DNA from: Vermamoeba vermiformis
Lineage: Eukaryota
Length of the DNA stretch: 64,000 bases
NCBI GenBank assembly: GCA_045837725.1
Contig: JBEWZL010000044.1
Span: forward strand, 124,001-188,000
Direction: 5' to 3'
Made by a program: the position numbers and the translations under genes. A model generated the notes under the pieces. That model made no database searches, was not told the origin of the DNA, and worked only from the letters and a program-made list of their open reading frames with translations. Below are positions 23,634 through 36,077 of this stretch, piece by piece (within the stretch, counting starts at the first letter, position 1; every line of letters begins with the position of its first letter).

Positions 23634-25508
23634 ATGAGTCATTCAGACAAAGATAAGGTCAGTAAGCACGAACAAAAGACTTAAATCCGGATTTCAAACC
23701 GATTTTTTATTTGCAGCTAACTACTTACTTTTACGATTTAAATAACATATGTATATTTTTAACTTAACACCTTAAATTTATTAGGCATTACCAACGAAGC
23801 GAAAGAGCGTGAAACAAAATTGGAAAGATTTTATTAATAAGCACGGTGATAAAATCCCTGCATCGTGGAAAGACGGATCAAATAGGATCACAATAGAGAC
23901 GGGAGAAGAGCCATTTAATTTATTGCAAGAAGGATTGAAAGCTCGCTCGATAGTCCACGACAAATTTTTGATCGACTTTGCGTTACTTAAAAAGCCACAC
24001 GTATTAGCGGAAATATGCAAAATATTTAAATTATTAGAGGAATATAATAGATATTATGCACTGCAATTAAACATGACGGAGGTGATAGAAAACAACGAAC
24101 AAACCAGGACTTTTTTCAAACTGTTGACTTCAAAAAATTGCAGAATTAACAGCTTAGCAACAAACGTTGCATTATCAGCAGAATCAGCGTTAATATTCAA
24201 TAAGTTATTGGAACAAAACACCATTACAGATCTGGATTTGACAATTCCCACACCTGCATCCACGGGGGGAATTATTGCACACTGTATTGAAGGGCTCAAG
24301 GGACTAGCGAACAATAGAACTATTCAAACGTTGCAATTATTTGGACTCGGTGATGACCGCGAGATCTCAAAAATTCTCGAAAAAAATCATTCAATTACGG
24401 ATCTAGCGCTCGGATCACATGGTCTACATAATTTTAGTACAGAAGAGCATTTAGTACCTGCGTTAGCAAAAATGGGATCATTACAATCAATTTTTTGTTT
24501 TTTTGGTCTAAGACAACCGAAAAACTACGGATCTCTTTGTGCCGTCCTCAAAGGCAACAAATACTTGGAAAAACTGGTTTTTACTGAAATGTCATATGAA
24601 CCTACACTATCTAGCTCCGATTGTACGGCATTGGCAGCCGCAATAATGGCACATCCGTCGTTACAAAAATTAATTTTGCCGGGCATATCAATGTGTCCAT
24701 TAATTAAGGCAATTTCTGGCAGTAAGACTATAACTACACTAGATAAGGTACCTATCGAACAAATTATTACTGATGAAGAACTACAAAAATCGATACTTTC
24801 AATGAAGTAAGTTCCGGATGTACCTTAAAAAAAATTCTTTACTAATGTTATTTTACTCATAGATCGCTTCGAAAATTAACAATCGTTAGAGAAAATCATT
24901 ACGAAACAGAAGCGGAAAAAAAATCGCATCAATTTGATCTTTCAAACTTGGTACATCCGTCGTCTTCGATCCGAATCTTAGTGTTTGATAGGCTCATAGA
25001 CTACGAACCAACAGCGAAATTTATTGAAGCATTGGGCAATAGGACATCAGTTGAACAAATACGGATTAAAGAGCAGTTTCGATATTGGCCAGAAATTTGT
25101 CAAGCCAGCACAACGAATCCGTTTTTGATCGTTCAATGCAATCCAGTATGGGACCATCGTTATGATCAAATTAAATCTATCACAACGAAAAGAAGAAGTA
25201 TGATGATGGAGTTTAGAAGAGCAATCTCTTGCTTAAATATTCTCAGAATAATTCATTTGTCGACGGATCGAGGATTCTTTGCAACAATTCCAAACGAGAT
25301 ATTAATATTAATCCTACAAAAATTATCTATGGATCGAGACTTGGCACGAATCGATCGGAGCCTATTAACTCTTCAAGAAAATCAAATCCAAAAATTGCAA
25401 CAGATCGCAATCGAAAGATCTGTCCTGAAAGAACGAAATACGATAAAACGGCTACAATCACTATGGATAGACTATGGGATTAAAGAGATTTGTACACATG
25501 AAAAATAA
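23634..25508 (+). CDS. RNI-like leucine-rich repeat protein with C-terminal F-box-like motif (paralog 1)
   Basis: L.xN.TITxLxL repeats; C-terminal FFATIPNEILILILQKL; two introns. Confidence 0.75.
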
Positions 25509-25581
25509 AAATGCGGAAAAGCCTTTGTATTGTAGATCTTTTGTACGGCTAGATAAATTTTGTTCGATTTGAAATCAACAA

Positions 25582-25652
25582 CGGGCCTTAGTTCAGTGGT
25601 AGAACGGAGGGCTGTAGCCCCTTAGACGTCGGTTCAATTACGGCAGGCCTGA
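25582..25652 (+). tRNA. tRNA-Tyr(GTA), intronless, with T-stem mismatch (possibly pseudo-tRNA)
   Basis: Cloverleaf: CGGGCCT/AGGCCTG acceptor, GTTC/GAAC D-stem, GAGGG/CCCTT anticodon stem with loop CTGTAGC, GGTTCAA T-loop; C1-G72/A73 Tyr identity; downstream oligo-T. Confidence 0.85.
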
Positions 25653-25773
25653 ATACCCGGTTACTTCTTTTTTTTGGTTTCTGTTCATTTTCCCAGATCC
25701 AGACATTAAGTTTCGCATTTATCGGTCCGTAGCTATAGCATTATTTAATTCTAATTTTATATACTAGTATCAT

Positions 25774-27344
25774 TTAAGCGTAATCAAATAGTTCCAGTGC
25801 TCCAGTCTTCGGTTTCATGAAAAGCAGTCTCGAGTTCATCGCCACAAGTGAGCCAGGCCAGTGCACGAATCGTTCCCACAATCGCTCTCTAAAGTCCCAT
25901 AACGTTGTGCAGTCGTAAGAGCTCTTAAATAGCGCTCTGCTTGACAGGCCGTTGACGAGCACATTGGCACTTGTAACGAGAAGAGGCTACGGCAGGCAGG
26001 TCATTAGAATGACATTACAATGATTATGATTTGTAATAACATATTTTGCATTGAATTAGTGCATTATAATGATGGTTGATTTCTTACGAAGCAGATCCAG
26101 TCTGGATCAAGCAAAAAAAACTACCGATCAATATTAAATTTTTTATGCAGCTTACCTTGTGTATATATTCTTCACGCATCATACGTATATCAATCGTTCC
26201 TACACCATCATCACCAACAAACCCAATCGTGTGCTCGTCAATGAGGTCAAAGGCATGTAATTGAAACTTATCGTGGACCATAGTCTCGCCACTCCTAGTG
26301 TCAAGCATATACAGCTTTTGGTTGGTCGATAAAAACACTGTTTGAAGCTGTTTGTGATATAAAGAGTGATTCGACGGGTCATGAACGACGTTGATATCAA
26401 ATTTCATTATTGGCTCTGCTTCGTCAAGGTCCCATATGCAATCGTCTATTAAAAATACGTTAAAAATTCTATTTTATAGCAATTCTATATTATTCGATGA
26501 TCATATTAATTATTAAAATTGGCAGATCCGCTTTGTAGTTCGACTGTCAACTTACTTAGATACACTTTGTTCATATCAACACCAACAACTCCATATCGGA
26601 CTGCACCTTCATGAACGTTTTGTTTGATCACCATATCTCCATATTGAATTACCAATTGACTATCGGTTCTACTGTACGCAACAATAGTCGGCACAGTGCT
26701 CTCGTTTGAATCCAAAAATATCGCTTTGTAATTTCTATTGAGCCGAAGTTCATACTGAGGAATTGTTTTGTGCGTGTGGCAATTAAATAACGTTTGAATA
26801 CTAGCCTCCATCCCAACGCAATTGCAAAGTCCGATATGTTTATGAACGGCATCGAACAGGCCCCAATGCTCGTCCAGGGCTTTGCAATCTTCGTAGCCAA
26901 CAAAACTAGTCACCTTGTTTCTACGATTTTTTAGCCAATTTTGACGAACCCTGGTAGAAATAACGTTTGTTACTTTTCTCGTTAAGAAAAATTGTATTAT
27001 GATACAAATTCGTTACGTCTGTGGAAAGGTGAATAGTGTGTGTTGTTGATGTTAAGATCAATATTATTTCTCTTACTTGTTTTCTTGAACGGCAATAGCT
27101 CTCCAACTCAGATCCACGGCAAAATTTGACATCGACAAGTGACCGCTAACGATCGTTTCCAAAAAATCTCTTCATTCATTTTGATCAGCGCATTGATGCT
27201 CTTGCACGTGAGGGTGAGTGCCATGACTGAAGGGAGTGTCAAGCGCTTGGAAATGACGTGAATAATGTCGATGGGAAGAGCGGCCAGTGGAAAGCTTGTA
27301 CCCGAATCATTGTTTTGGTGCTGTTGCTGCACTCCCTTTTTCAT
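25774..27344 (-). CDS. F-box protein with probable beta-propeller C-terminus (spliced)
   Basis: N-terminal LAALPIDIIHVISKRL...LTLTCK...EIFWK; downstream beta-rich exons. Confidence 0.7.
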
Positions 27345-27410
27345 GCCTAAAATTGATGTTGATTAATATCAAGGTTCTAAGTGACAGAACCGTTAAAAAA
27401 TGGTTGCCAC

Positions 27411-27445
27411 GCCAAGTGTCAAAGTGTCAAAGTGTCAAAATGTCA
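27411..27445. repeat. Short tandem AAGTGTCA repeats upstream of the F-box gene
   Basis: gccaagtgtcaaagtgtcaaagtgtcaaaatgtca; more TGTCA/GGTCA units follow to about 27710. Confidence 0.7.
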
Positions 27446-27712
27446 TAATATGTATACTAGCAAATCACTTTATGTTTCGAAATAATTTAGGCAATCGATT
27501 TACCCCAAAATATAATAGTAACCGTCAATTTGTCTCAATATGTATATAATAGAATGAACCATCGAAGTAGATGTCAAACCAATTAAAAAGGTCTTTGACG
27601 ATAAGTGTCAAAAATGTCAGAATAGGTCATAAAATAGGTCAAAACGACAAAAACGTCAACTTGTCACAATATTGGTCACAAAATGTATCGTCAATCAAAC
27701 GAAATGTCAATG

Positions 27713-29691
27713 CTAATCCTTACTGTGGAGCAATCTCGTTGACTCAGTGACGTGTTGCATAGTAATATAAAAATACATGGCTTCATCGCTGTCGAGTTTC
27801 ATGTGTTTCAAACGCCGTCTTAGCACTCGCAAGTTGTCTCGCTTCCAACAATCGTCTTCCCCGTGCCACTTTACAAACTCACTTTGCCAGAACAAATCTA
27901 CATCCCAAGTTAATTTACATTTGTGCTGTTTGTATTCTTAGAAATTTCTACGATTTCTTGCTCGTAAAACATCTCTTACCGTTGCGTGCCTTTTTCCACG
28001 CCATAATGTATTCGATCGGATAAACGCCTTTGCTATTTCTATGCAATAAATAGGTGTCAAAACGGTTTGGTATAAATGTCGATGAGGCAATCTTACGGCT
28101 GGAATACTCGTGGATTATTCTTCAGTTCGTTAAGACCTTTTTCTTCGATTTGGCCGCGTGATGAACGAAATCAAAGCCGTCAATTTCCACTAAAAATAAC
28201 AAGAATCTTATTAATATACATTCGATCATATTTTAATTATTAAACCAATTTTAATCTCGCCGATCAGCAGCGTTTGCCGGGCAAATCTGATCTGTTTAAT
28301 TTTTTTGATTTCTTCAAACATTGAGGATGAAATGAAGGAAAAATTGTACGTACGACTAGGTTGCAAAACCATATGCTTATAAATCTTTGCGCCAGACGAG
28401 ACCCACATTTTGCAAATTTCAACGTCCGTGTAATCGATTGCGATCTTATCGGTGTAGCGTAACAAGTGTTTGATCAACTCACGGCGTTGTTGGTTGGTAA
28501 TTTCGTTGCATTCAATAACCATTTTAAATAACCCTAATAAAATTATCATGTTGAAAACGTTTTGGATCTGATCTGAATTAAATTAAAGTTAGACCTACCT
28601 TCGTATTTAGAGTCCGTAACTGGTAGCATTTTAACGCATAATAAGAATGCAAATGGATATTTGATGCATAATTCAGGCGTTATTATTCGGTCAGCTACTA
28701 AACACTGCAAATCAAACAGATCTACCCATGAATAGCAAAATTTCCATTTTTTCAATTGCCACCTGTTGCCCGCTAAAGAAAATGAGATATTTAAATAAAT
28801 AACTTATCGCTATAATTCGTTCATTTGTTCGTACCAATAAACTGAGGCCAGATGTACTTGAACTTTTTGTCTGAATACAAATACGCATCTATGCCCTTGA
28901 CATCTAATATGCATAATATACGAGCCTCTTCATATCTTTTTGCCCTCAATAGCTGCAAAGTCATGTCAGAAACGTGGATGCAGGTTTACCGATCAGATCC
29001 TTGTTCAGATGCGTCAAGGTGAACTTCTTCGTTCGATCTAGACATCAAATATATCTTATATTAGCGACTACTTACGCTCACAATAAATTCATAATATTCT
29101 CTAAAGTCTATAAGCGTTTTGTATCCCAGAGTTGGCAAATTAAGCAAACTCTCTGTATTCAGTTTGTCCAAGGCAATTAATTTATCGTGTAGTAGGTTGA
29201 TTTTGGCATCAATATCGCCTATTTAAAATAGTCAGTAAATAATTTTGTTATTTTTCGGTAATTTTCAATTCACTAAATTCGATCTTGACATCCGGTTCAA
29301 TTTCTAGATTACCTTGCGCCAATGGTTCTGTAATTTTTTGAAAATATTCCACGAGAGGGCTAATTAATTACGTTAAAGCTATGCATGATTTTGCACGAGA
29401 TCTTAAGATTTTCCTGGTCTCAGTAAGTACTTACAAGGCGTTTACTGTGTAATGCCCAAAATATTTTTTCATTTTGATATTACTTGCGCTTATAGCATTG
29501 TATTTCTGGTATTCCTCTTTCTCGAACGAAAAATAATGCAAATGGCTTTCGATCCTTGTTAAACAATTCTTTGTAAAGTCAGCACCACAGCCTTCGGAAA
29601 GTCTTTTGGTATTCATACGCGACGACGCAACACAGCACTTCATAATCATGGGCAATGCCGTGAATAAGTACGTTGATAATCTTGAGCGCAT
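27713..29691 (-). CDS. Hypothetical multi-exon protein (model uncertain, possibly decayed)
   Basis: Several minus-strand ORF segments bounded by GTAAG donors and AG acceptors; no recognisable domain; I could not resolve the frame near 28990-29040. Confidence 0.4.
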
Positions 29692-29769
29692 CCGATTAAT
29701 TTTTACACTCTGCACTTCTCCTTTGTTCAAAAAAATCTAAAATTAATAATTATAATAATTTACAGAGTA

Positions 29770-30506
29770 ATGGGCTTATTTTCTCGCTTAGAATATTACA
29801 AACAAGAAGATTGTGGATTTGCGTTCTTGCCCGAAGATATGCTGATAGCTTTAGTAGAATACCTGGACGTAATGGATTTTATTAACTTAATTACGACGTG
29901 CAAATATTTCAATCACGAATTACTAGGTCCAGTAAGTCAGATGCCATCTGAAAAAACAAAAATACCGATTAAATAGTATTAATATAGAGCAATTTACTAT
30001 GGGCATATGTATGCCGTGGCTTGGGTACGCTAAACTTCGTGATTCGATCCATTCAGTTCGGTCGGAGATGGAAAGTAGTCTCTGTAGCAGTGGATCTCAA
30101 CAAACAAATTGATCTTAAGGATAGAAATGCCATAGCAACGTTCAATTTTCGAGAAATAGTCGAGGAATATTATTTGCGAGTCTTTCACAAGGCAAGTTTA
30201 AGAAAATACATCCACCAGTTTCTCATTCAAGAACTGAGTTATCCCTACATGGTTACCGTAGAGATAAGCGAGTATAATATACTCAAACTATATAATTTAT
30301 TCAGTACTGCTGAGGCATCGAGCAAGAGATTTCGAAAAGATTACTTTTTCATAGTGGATTTGGAGATCGACCCAGTAGCAGTTCATAAAATCACTAACAA
30401 TGGATTACCATGCAACAAAGGAGGTCGTATGATTGTATACAAAAAATCTTGGCGTGATCCAGGGCCACGAAAAGTTAAAACAAATGTTACTACTGCTAAA
30501 CAATGA
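29770..30506 (+). CDS. Small F-box-like protein (paralog of 34286-35204)
   Basis: FAFLPEDMLIALVEYLDVMDFINLITTCKY; shares QF..RWKV, KDYF..VDL..DP and GR.IVYKKS with its paralog. Confidence 0.75.
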
Positions 30507-30755
30507 ACGTGGAGAATCAAAATCGAACGACGAATTGAACAGTTGAAGATATGCGTACGTTTAATAAGTCTTACTCACCTTTAGTATTTTTACTTACTTG
30601 ATTAAACAGCCGTCGATAAATCCCGTGACCGATCGGCAATAGAAACGAAAATGTTTCAATTTGAATTGGTACGAAATAAATGCCGAAAACAAGACGTAAC
30701 ATTCGTGTGAAAGAAGTGCAGCGGATACAAACAAAAGGTGAACGAATCGGTTTGT

Positions 30756-32292
30756 TTATCCAAGAAGTGTCATTATAGCGAGAGTACAGAACATTACAAA
30801 CAAAGGGACAACGGTACCGGTGCCATGGGATACAACCGATGCATGAGGCTGTGCTACAGGTACTGACACAGTGCTCGGCGACGCAGATCTGTCACACAAT
30901 TTGGTCGCGGTGCACGAGACGTCCTTGGCACCATCGCGAGTGAATCGGAGAGCAAGTTCTATTCCAGCTTCTGTCGCTTTAATGCCATCAAGGTGCACTT
31001 CAACAGCACCACAGTCTGACAGTGTATTGATGGTGTAATAGTCCGTAATAGTGATGTTAGTGTCACAAAAAGAGGGTGACACTTGATCGTGACACGTGAC
31101 ATTTGTTGGCTCAATGAAGCACCCCTCGGCTCTGTACAAATAGCAACTAAGTTCCGATAATGTGCATTGATAAGCCAGAACAGTATTGTCGACTGGAGCA
31201 ATGGCAAATCCAAAACTACTGACTTCCGAACTTGCAGATTCGGCGGATCGAATTCTTCTTGTGTAGATCCAGCTTCCCGATTCATCTCTGTCGTACCAGT
31301 ACAATGAACCTGTTTGATTGTCATTAATAAGATCGACTGGAGCTGCCAGGACGAATGCACTATTGGACATCATCTCTGCTGCCAACGGAAAATAGCCCTG
31401 CGAATTCATCTGCAATTCTGTCGTGTAAAGTGTTTGAGTTAGAGTCCATTGTCCATTGGTATTATTTTTGGTATAAATTCTGGCTGCTTCGATTCTAAGC
31501 GACGTCGATAGCACGCTAGAAACGATTATGGTGTCAAATCCGTTGTATAAAACGTGTCTTATGGCACTGTCGAGGATAGGTTCCGTTGGAATATTAGTCA
31601 CTAGTGACCAAGATCTGTTGGCGTGTCGTTCGTAAACAAACGTTGAGTTGGTAGTGAATCCGGTAAAGTAATTTGGTCCAACTTTCATTAGAATAGGTCT
31701 GAAATCGACTATATTGGCTGGTACTAAAGTGGTATATTGCTGAGGAACCTCTTCTTGAATTAACGTCCAATTCTGGCCGTCAAACTCGTACGTTCGGATT
31801 GCATCTGGCCACAAAGCAACAAAAGTGTCGTCAGGAAATATCCAGCCAGTTGTATTTGGGAAATAAAAAGAGTAAGCTTTGGTAATAAGCCGTGACGCGC
31901 TGAGTTGGAAGAGATCAACGTATGGGTTGGCCACAACTGCGATCCAATTACCATTTGTCGATAAATTAGGGATTTGCTTCTTAGAATCAGTCACCAAAGC
32001 GGTCGTCTGTCTTGAATCTACTACATTATAGTTATTATCGGGGCCTCTTTTGTACACGAGTGCTAAGCTGTTTGAAAAATTGAAGGCGATTGCAATATCT
32101 TCGTAAGCGACTGCTCGAATGATTAAGAAGTTTCCTGAATTAATTGCTGAATCATTTGTTACTTTATAAGCTGGAATTTGCTGTTATCAGAGCGCTCGTT
32201 AATTATTTTGAAAAAGATCAGACACATCTTGTAATTACCTGGACTGCCTGAACGACAACGCAAAGGGCGAAAATAATAAATAATTTTAACAT
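30756..32292 (-). CDS. Secreted/GPI-anchored beta-propeller (FG-GAP-like) surface protein, copy 1
   Basis: Signal peptide MLKLFIIFALCVVVQA; W..TQ/FG.A repeats; Cys-rich NVTCHDQ domain; Ser/Pro linker and hydrophobic tail. Confidence 0.75.
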
Positions 32293-32449
32293 TCCCTCGT
32301 GTTGCGTTTTATACACTGATCAAAGATTAAAATCAATTTTGCGCAGTAAATCGCACGCGCCCTGCCACCTTTAAAAAGTGAAGAATCTATATTACACGTT
32401 GTCAATTACTAAGAGACATAATATCACTACACCGTCATTGTCGATTTAT

Positions 32450-33992
32450 TTATAATACTGCTATTAGCATTGTAAGAAAGAGAATCATAAGTGCTGACTG
32501 CAAGATCTGACTTCCGGATGTGTTATCTTTTGGTGGTGATTGCGGAGCCGAGACTGCCATGGGAGCAATAGGAGCTGCATTATCGCAAAGTGCGTTCACT
32601 GTGCACGTGACATCAGTTGAGCCAGAACGAGTGAATGTCAAGTCTAAGTAATAGCCTTGTGCATCGGATCTGATGACGTTATTGGCCTGAACTGACACTT
32701 CTCCGCACTTGGCAGGTGTGTTGATAGTATACAAGCTGTTAATATCGACGTCGAAGGATGAGCACGATGACAAGCGTTGATCATGACACGTGACATTTGT
32801 CGCCTCTTCGTAACACAACTCCGCGGTGTGGATGAAGCACGGAAACGAGTCTATGCCAGGAAGACATTCGACAGAGATTAAGCCGTTGTTGATTAGCGCC
32901 ACGGCCTGTCCAAAGCGTCCATCGTTGACAGCTGAAGTAACGCGTCTGGTGACATTCCAAGTGCCTGTCTCATCACGGTGCAGCCACCAAACTGAACCAC
33001 TGGTGTGGCCTTTAATAATATCTGGTACATAGCCATCGTTTGGTGCTGTGACGATGTAGTTGTCGCTGTCAACTTGAACAATTTCATCGCCAAAGTATCC
33101 GTAGCCAGTGATGCCTATTGACGCAGCTGCAATGCGCTGTGTTCGTTCCCAGCCAACTGCTCCACGTGTGTAAATAGCAACGTATCCACGAGGCTGTGAA
33201 ACACTGTCTTCAAAACTGGATATGATCAACGTATTGTTGCCGTCCCATAATAAATGCGTAAGTGGACTTTGAACATCTGCGTCAAATACAATAGGGGCAT
33301 CAAATACGGACCACGACTTGTCTTCGTTACGGTAAAAGATCTGTCCGCCAGTTGAGTACTGAATGCTGATGTAATTGAGATGTTTACGCAGGAAGAGAGT
33401 ATTACCACCTGCATTCGACTTTATCAATGTGTAGTTGTCGGGAATATCCTTGCGAGCTAACGACCAGTCGGTGCCGTTGAACTCGTAAGTGCAGATTGCG
33501 TCTTGAGTAAAAGCAACATAAGAACCGTCCTCGAATATCCAGCCACCAAATGGATTAGTGAAGTATAATGTAAATGTCTTATTAATAAATGTGGCATCGT
33601 CGTTGAGTTCGAAGATTTCGTGAGCCAAATCTGCTGCGCGAGCTGCCCATCTGCCGTTTGTTGAAACAATGATGCTCGTAGTGGACATTGTTGAATGCGG
33701 CCGCGAATCTACTCTATGATAGAACCCTGAGGCACCGCGTTTAAGCGACACGATTTCGTCTGTTGTCGAATCTAGCATTATGGCCAGATCGTCATGTGCT
33801 TCCAATGGGAAAGGAAGGGTTCTTGCGCTACCATACAAATAATAAGATTGCACAAAATCGGAAGAGCGCATTGCAGGAATATTCTACGATTTTTGAAATT
33901 AGTTACAAAATTTAGTTTGCGCTTGAACATACCGATAATGCGTCTGTAACGACGAAACAACACAAACAAAAAGTTATCAATTGCTTCAACAT
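32450..33992 (-). CDS. Secreted/GPI-anchored beta-propeller (FG-GAP-like) surface protein, copy 2
   Basis: Signal peptide MLKQLITFCLCCFVVTDA; GYFGDEI and GRFGQAVA repeats; shares STNG.W, YEF.G..W and NVTCHDQ...YTINT with copy 1; hydrophobic tail. Confidence 0.75.
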
Positions 33993-34285
33993 GTTGTTAT
34001 TGCCGTCGTATTTTTATAAAAATAGACGATTTTTAACTTTGAAAGGCTGACAAAATCTGTCGCTCAGTCGGTGACATGCTGACGGACCCATAAAATGCAG
34101 CTGGAATTTTTGCGCATCAAAAATAAATAAATTTGTGCGGGTTGTTGCGACCAACAGCTGTCCTGCGTGTTTTATTTGAAAATTTGGGGAGCTCGTAAAA
34201 CCCGAAAATGCAAACAAATCATTATCCATCAAGTTCTCCACCTCAGACAACATAGAGAATACTTGCTAACGTGAAATATAACGTG

Positions 34286-35204
34286 ATGGGTAATTTGTAA
34301 GTACCTCACGCCTAAATCTGCGTGTCAAAATGGAATATTTATATTAATGACGTACAATATAATTTAACATTTACTAGCAACAATATTAGTAATTGATTTA
34401 TTGATTAGGCAAGCTCAGAATATTGACACGCAGTCGGATGTATTTTTCAGCGCATTACCCGAGGACATCATGATCTTATTAGCCGATATTATATCTCTAC
34501 AAGATTTTGTGCACCTCACTTCTACTTGTAAATATTATTATTATCATTTATTAGGCGCGGTAAGTCCATCTGATCAGTTTTAAGTTCGCTACTAAATTTG
34601 AACTCATTAGAATAATATTCTTTGGGCACGAATGTGTCATTCTCTTGGAGGTCCGAACAAAGTGTTGAAGGATTTACAATTCTATAACCGATGGAAAGTC
34701 GCGAACGGACAAGGCGAGTTGGATTTGACCAAAGAGCTAGATCTGACCGACAAGCAGCTGTTGCGATCTATTGACTTTAAGAAAGAAATATTTAACTATT
34801 ATTTGCTCATAATTAACAACCGGAGTTTAAGACATCGGCTCAGTCAATTTTCGATTGCCGACGGTAACGCAGTGCAGCCAACGATTAAAGTCCTTCCGTT
34901 CAGCTTTTGGACAAATTTATCACAATATTGGACACGAGCAGATTTAAAGAGCAATAATTTTGTTAAAGATTACTTTTACGAAGTGGATTTGTTCTACGAT
35001 CCGATCTCCGTCGAATCTCACTCCGCATATTCTGAAAATCTACCCTCAATGCAAAATGGTAGATTAATTGTATATAAGAAGTCAAAATTGAAAGCTCCAA
35101 GACGCGAACCCTTCGCGCGAACTATGTGGCCGCGTGAGGATCAGTTGGAGCTCCAACTAGAAGAGCTGGCAGAAGTAGCACAAACATTTAGAGAAGCGAA
35201 ATAA
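34286..35204 (+). CDS. Small F-box-like protein (paralog of 29770-30506)
   Basis: FSALPEDIMILLADIISLQDFVHLTSTCKY; intron after LLG at the same position as in the paralog. Confidence 0.75.
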
Positions 35205-36077
35205 ATTCGTACATACATTCTAAAAATACCCGCTGTAACATACTAGCTCATCCAGTAAAACGAAATTTTCAAATTTTATTTAGTACGATTTGAAGCCGGC
35301 GTATGACGCCTTGGTGCATAAAATTAATATTATAAGAGTAATAAAAGTAATTTAATATGACCCTTCAAAATCTAGTCAATAGAATTGACGCGCAATTTCA
35401 AAAAGGACTCAATTTAATTGTGAATCAAGATACTGGAAAATTAAATCGCTGTTGCCTCACGTCATTAATACGTCGTGCGTACCTTGATAGCAAGAAATTG
35501 TGCGGGTTGGATCAAGCAACTCTCGTCAAGCTGTAAGACTAGTCGTCTAGTACAATGGGGAACTGCTGCACGTCCCTCGTCGGACACTGCCTCTTTGGTG
35601 ATGCAGTATACGTGCCGGTTAATACTTGCGAGAACTGCAAAGGTGTAAGTTAATACTTAATGAAGACAGATTTGACCATCGCAAAATTCAATTAAATATG
35701 GAAATATAATTAACTGAATATTAATTACTGCTATTTATGCAGCCAAGACATTTGCGCGACGGAGAAAAATGTCCAGCCAAGCACAGAAATAGCGTAGTAA
35801 TGAAAGTTTAATTTCGTGCCGGATGTAGCCTCTAGCAGCAGCAAGCTGCGTTAGAATACTCAGAATATTTACACGATAATATTGTGCATATTTGTAGTGC
35901 TGTATTGTACTTACTTGTAAATAGATCAAATTAATGGTAATGAAAAGAAGATCTCAAAATCACGATACGCCAAAGTTTTGAATTTCATATTAGGCAATGT
36001 GTTCTATACAACGACTTATTTACTTAATTGGTTTGTACAACAAAAAAGCGGGCAGGCTGCCAAAAAAAAACTCCGGA

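Noticed and set aside
27411-27445. Possible CRISPR-like or telomeric repeat
   Set aside because: Only a few 8-bp units with no spacers, in a eukaryotic interstitial context.
31089-32794. TGACACGTGACA near-palindromes at about 31090 and 32783
   Set aside because: They lie in coding sequence for the conserved NVTCH peptide of two paralogs, so they were not counted as the non-coding motif.
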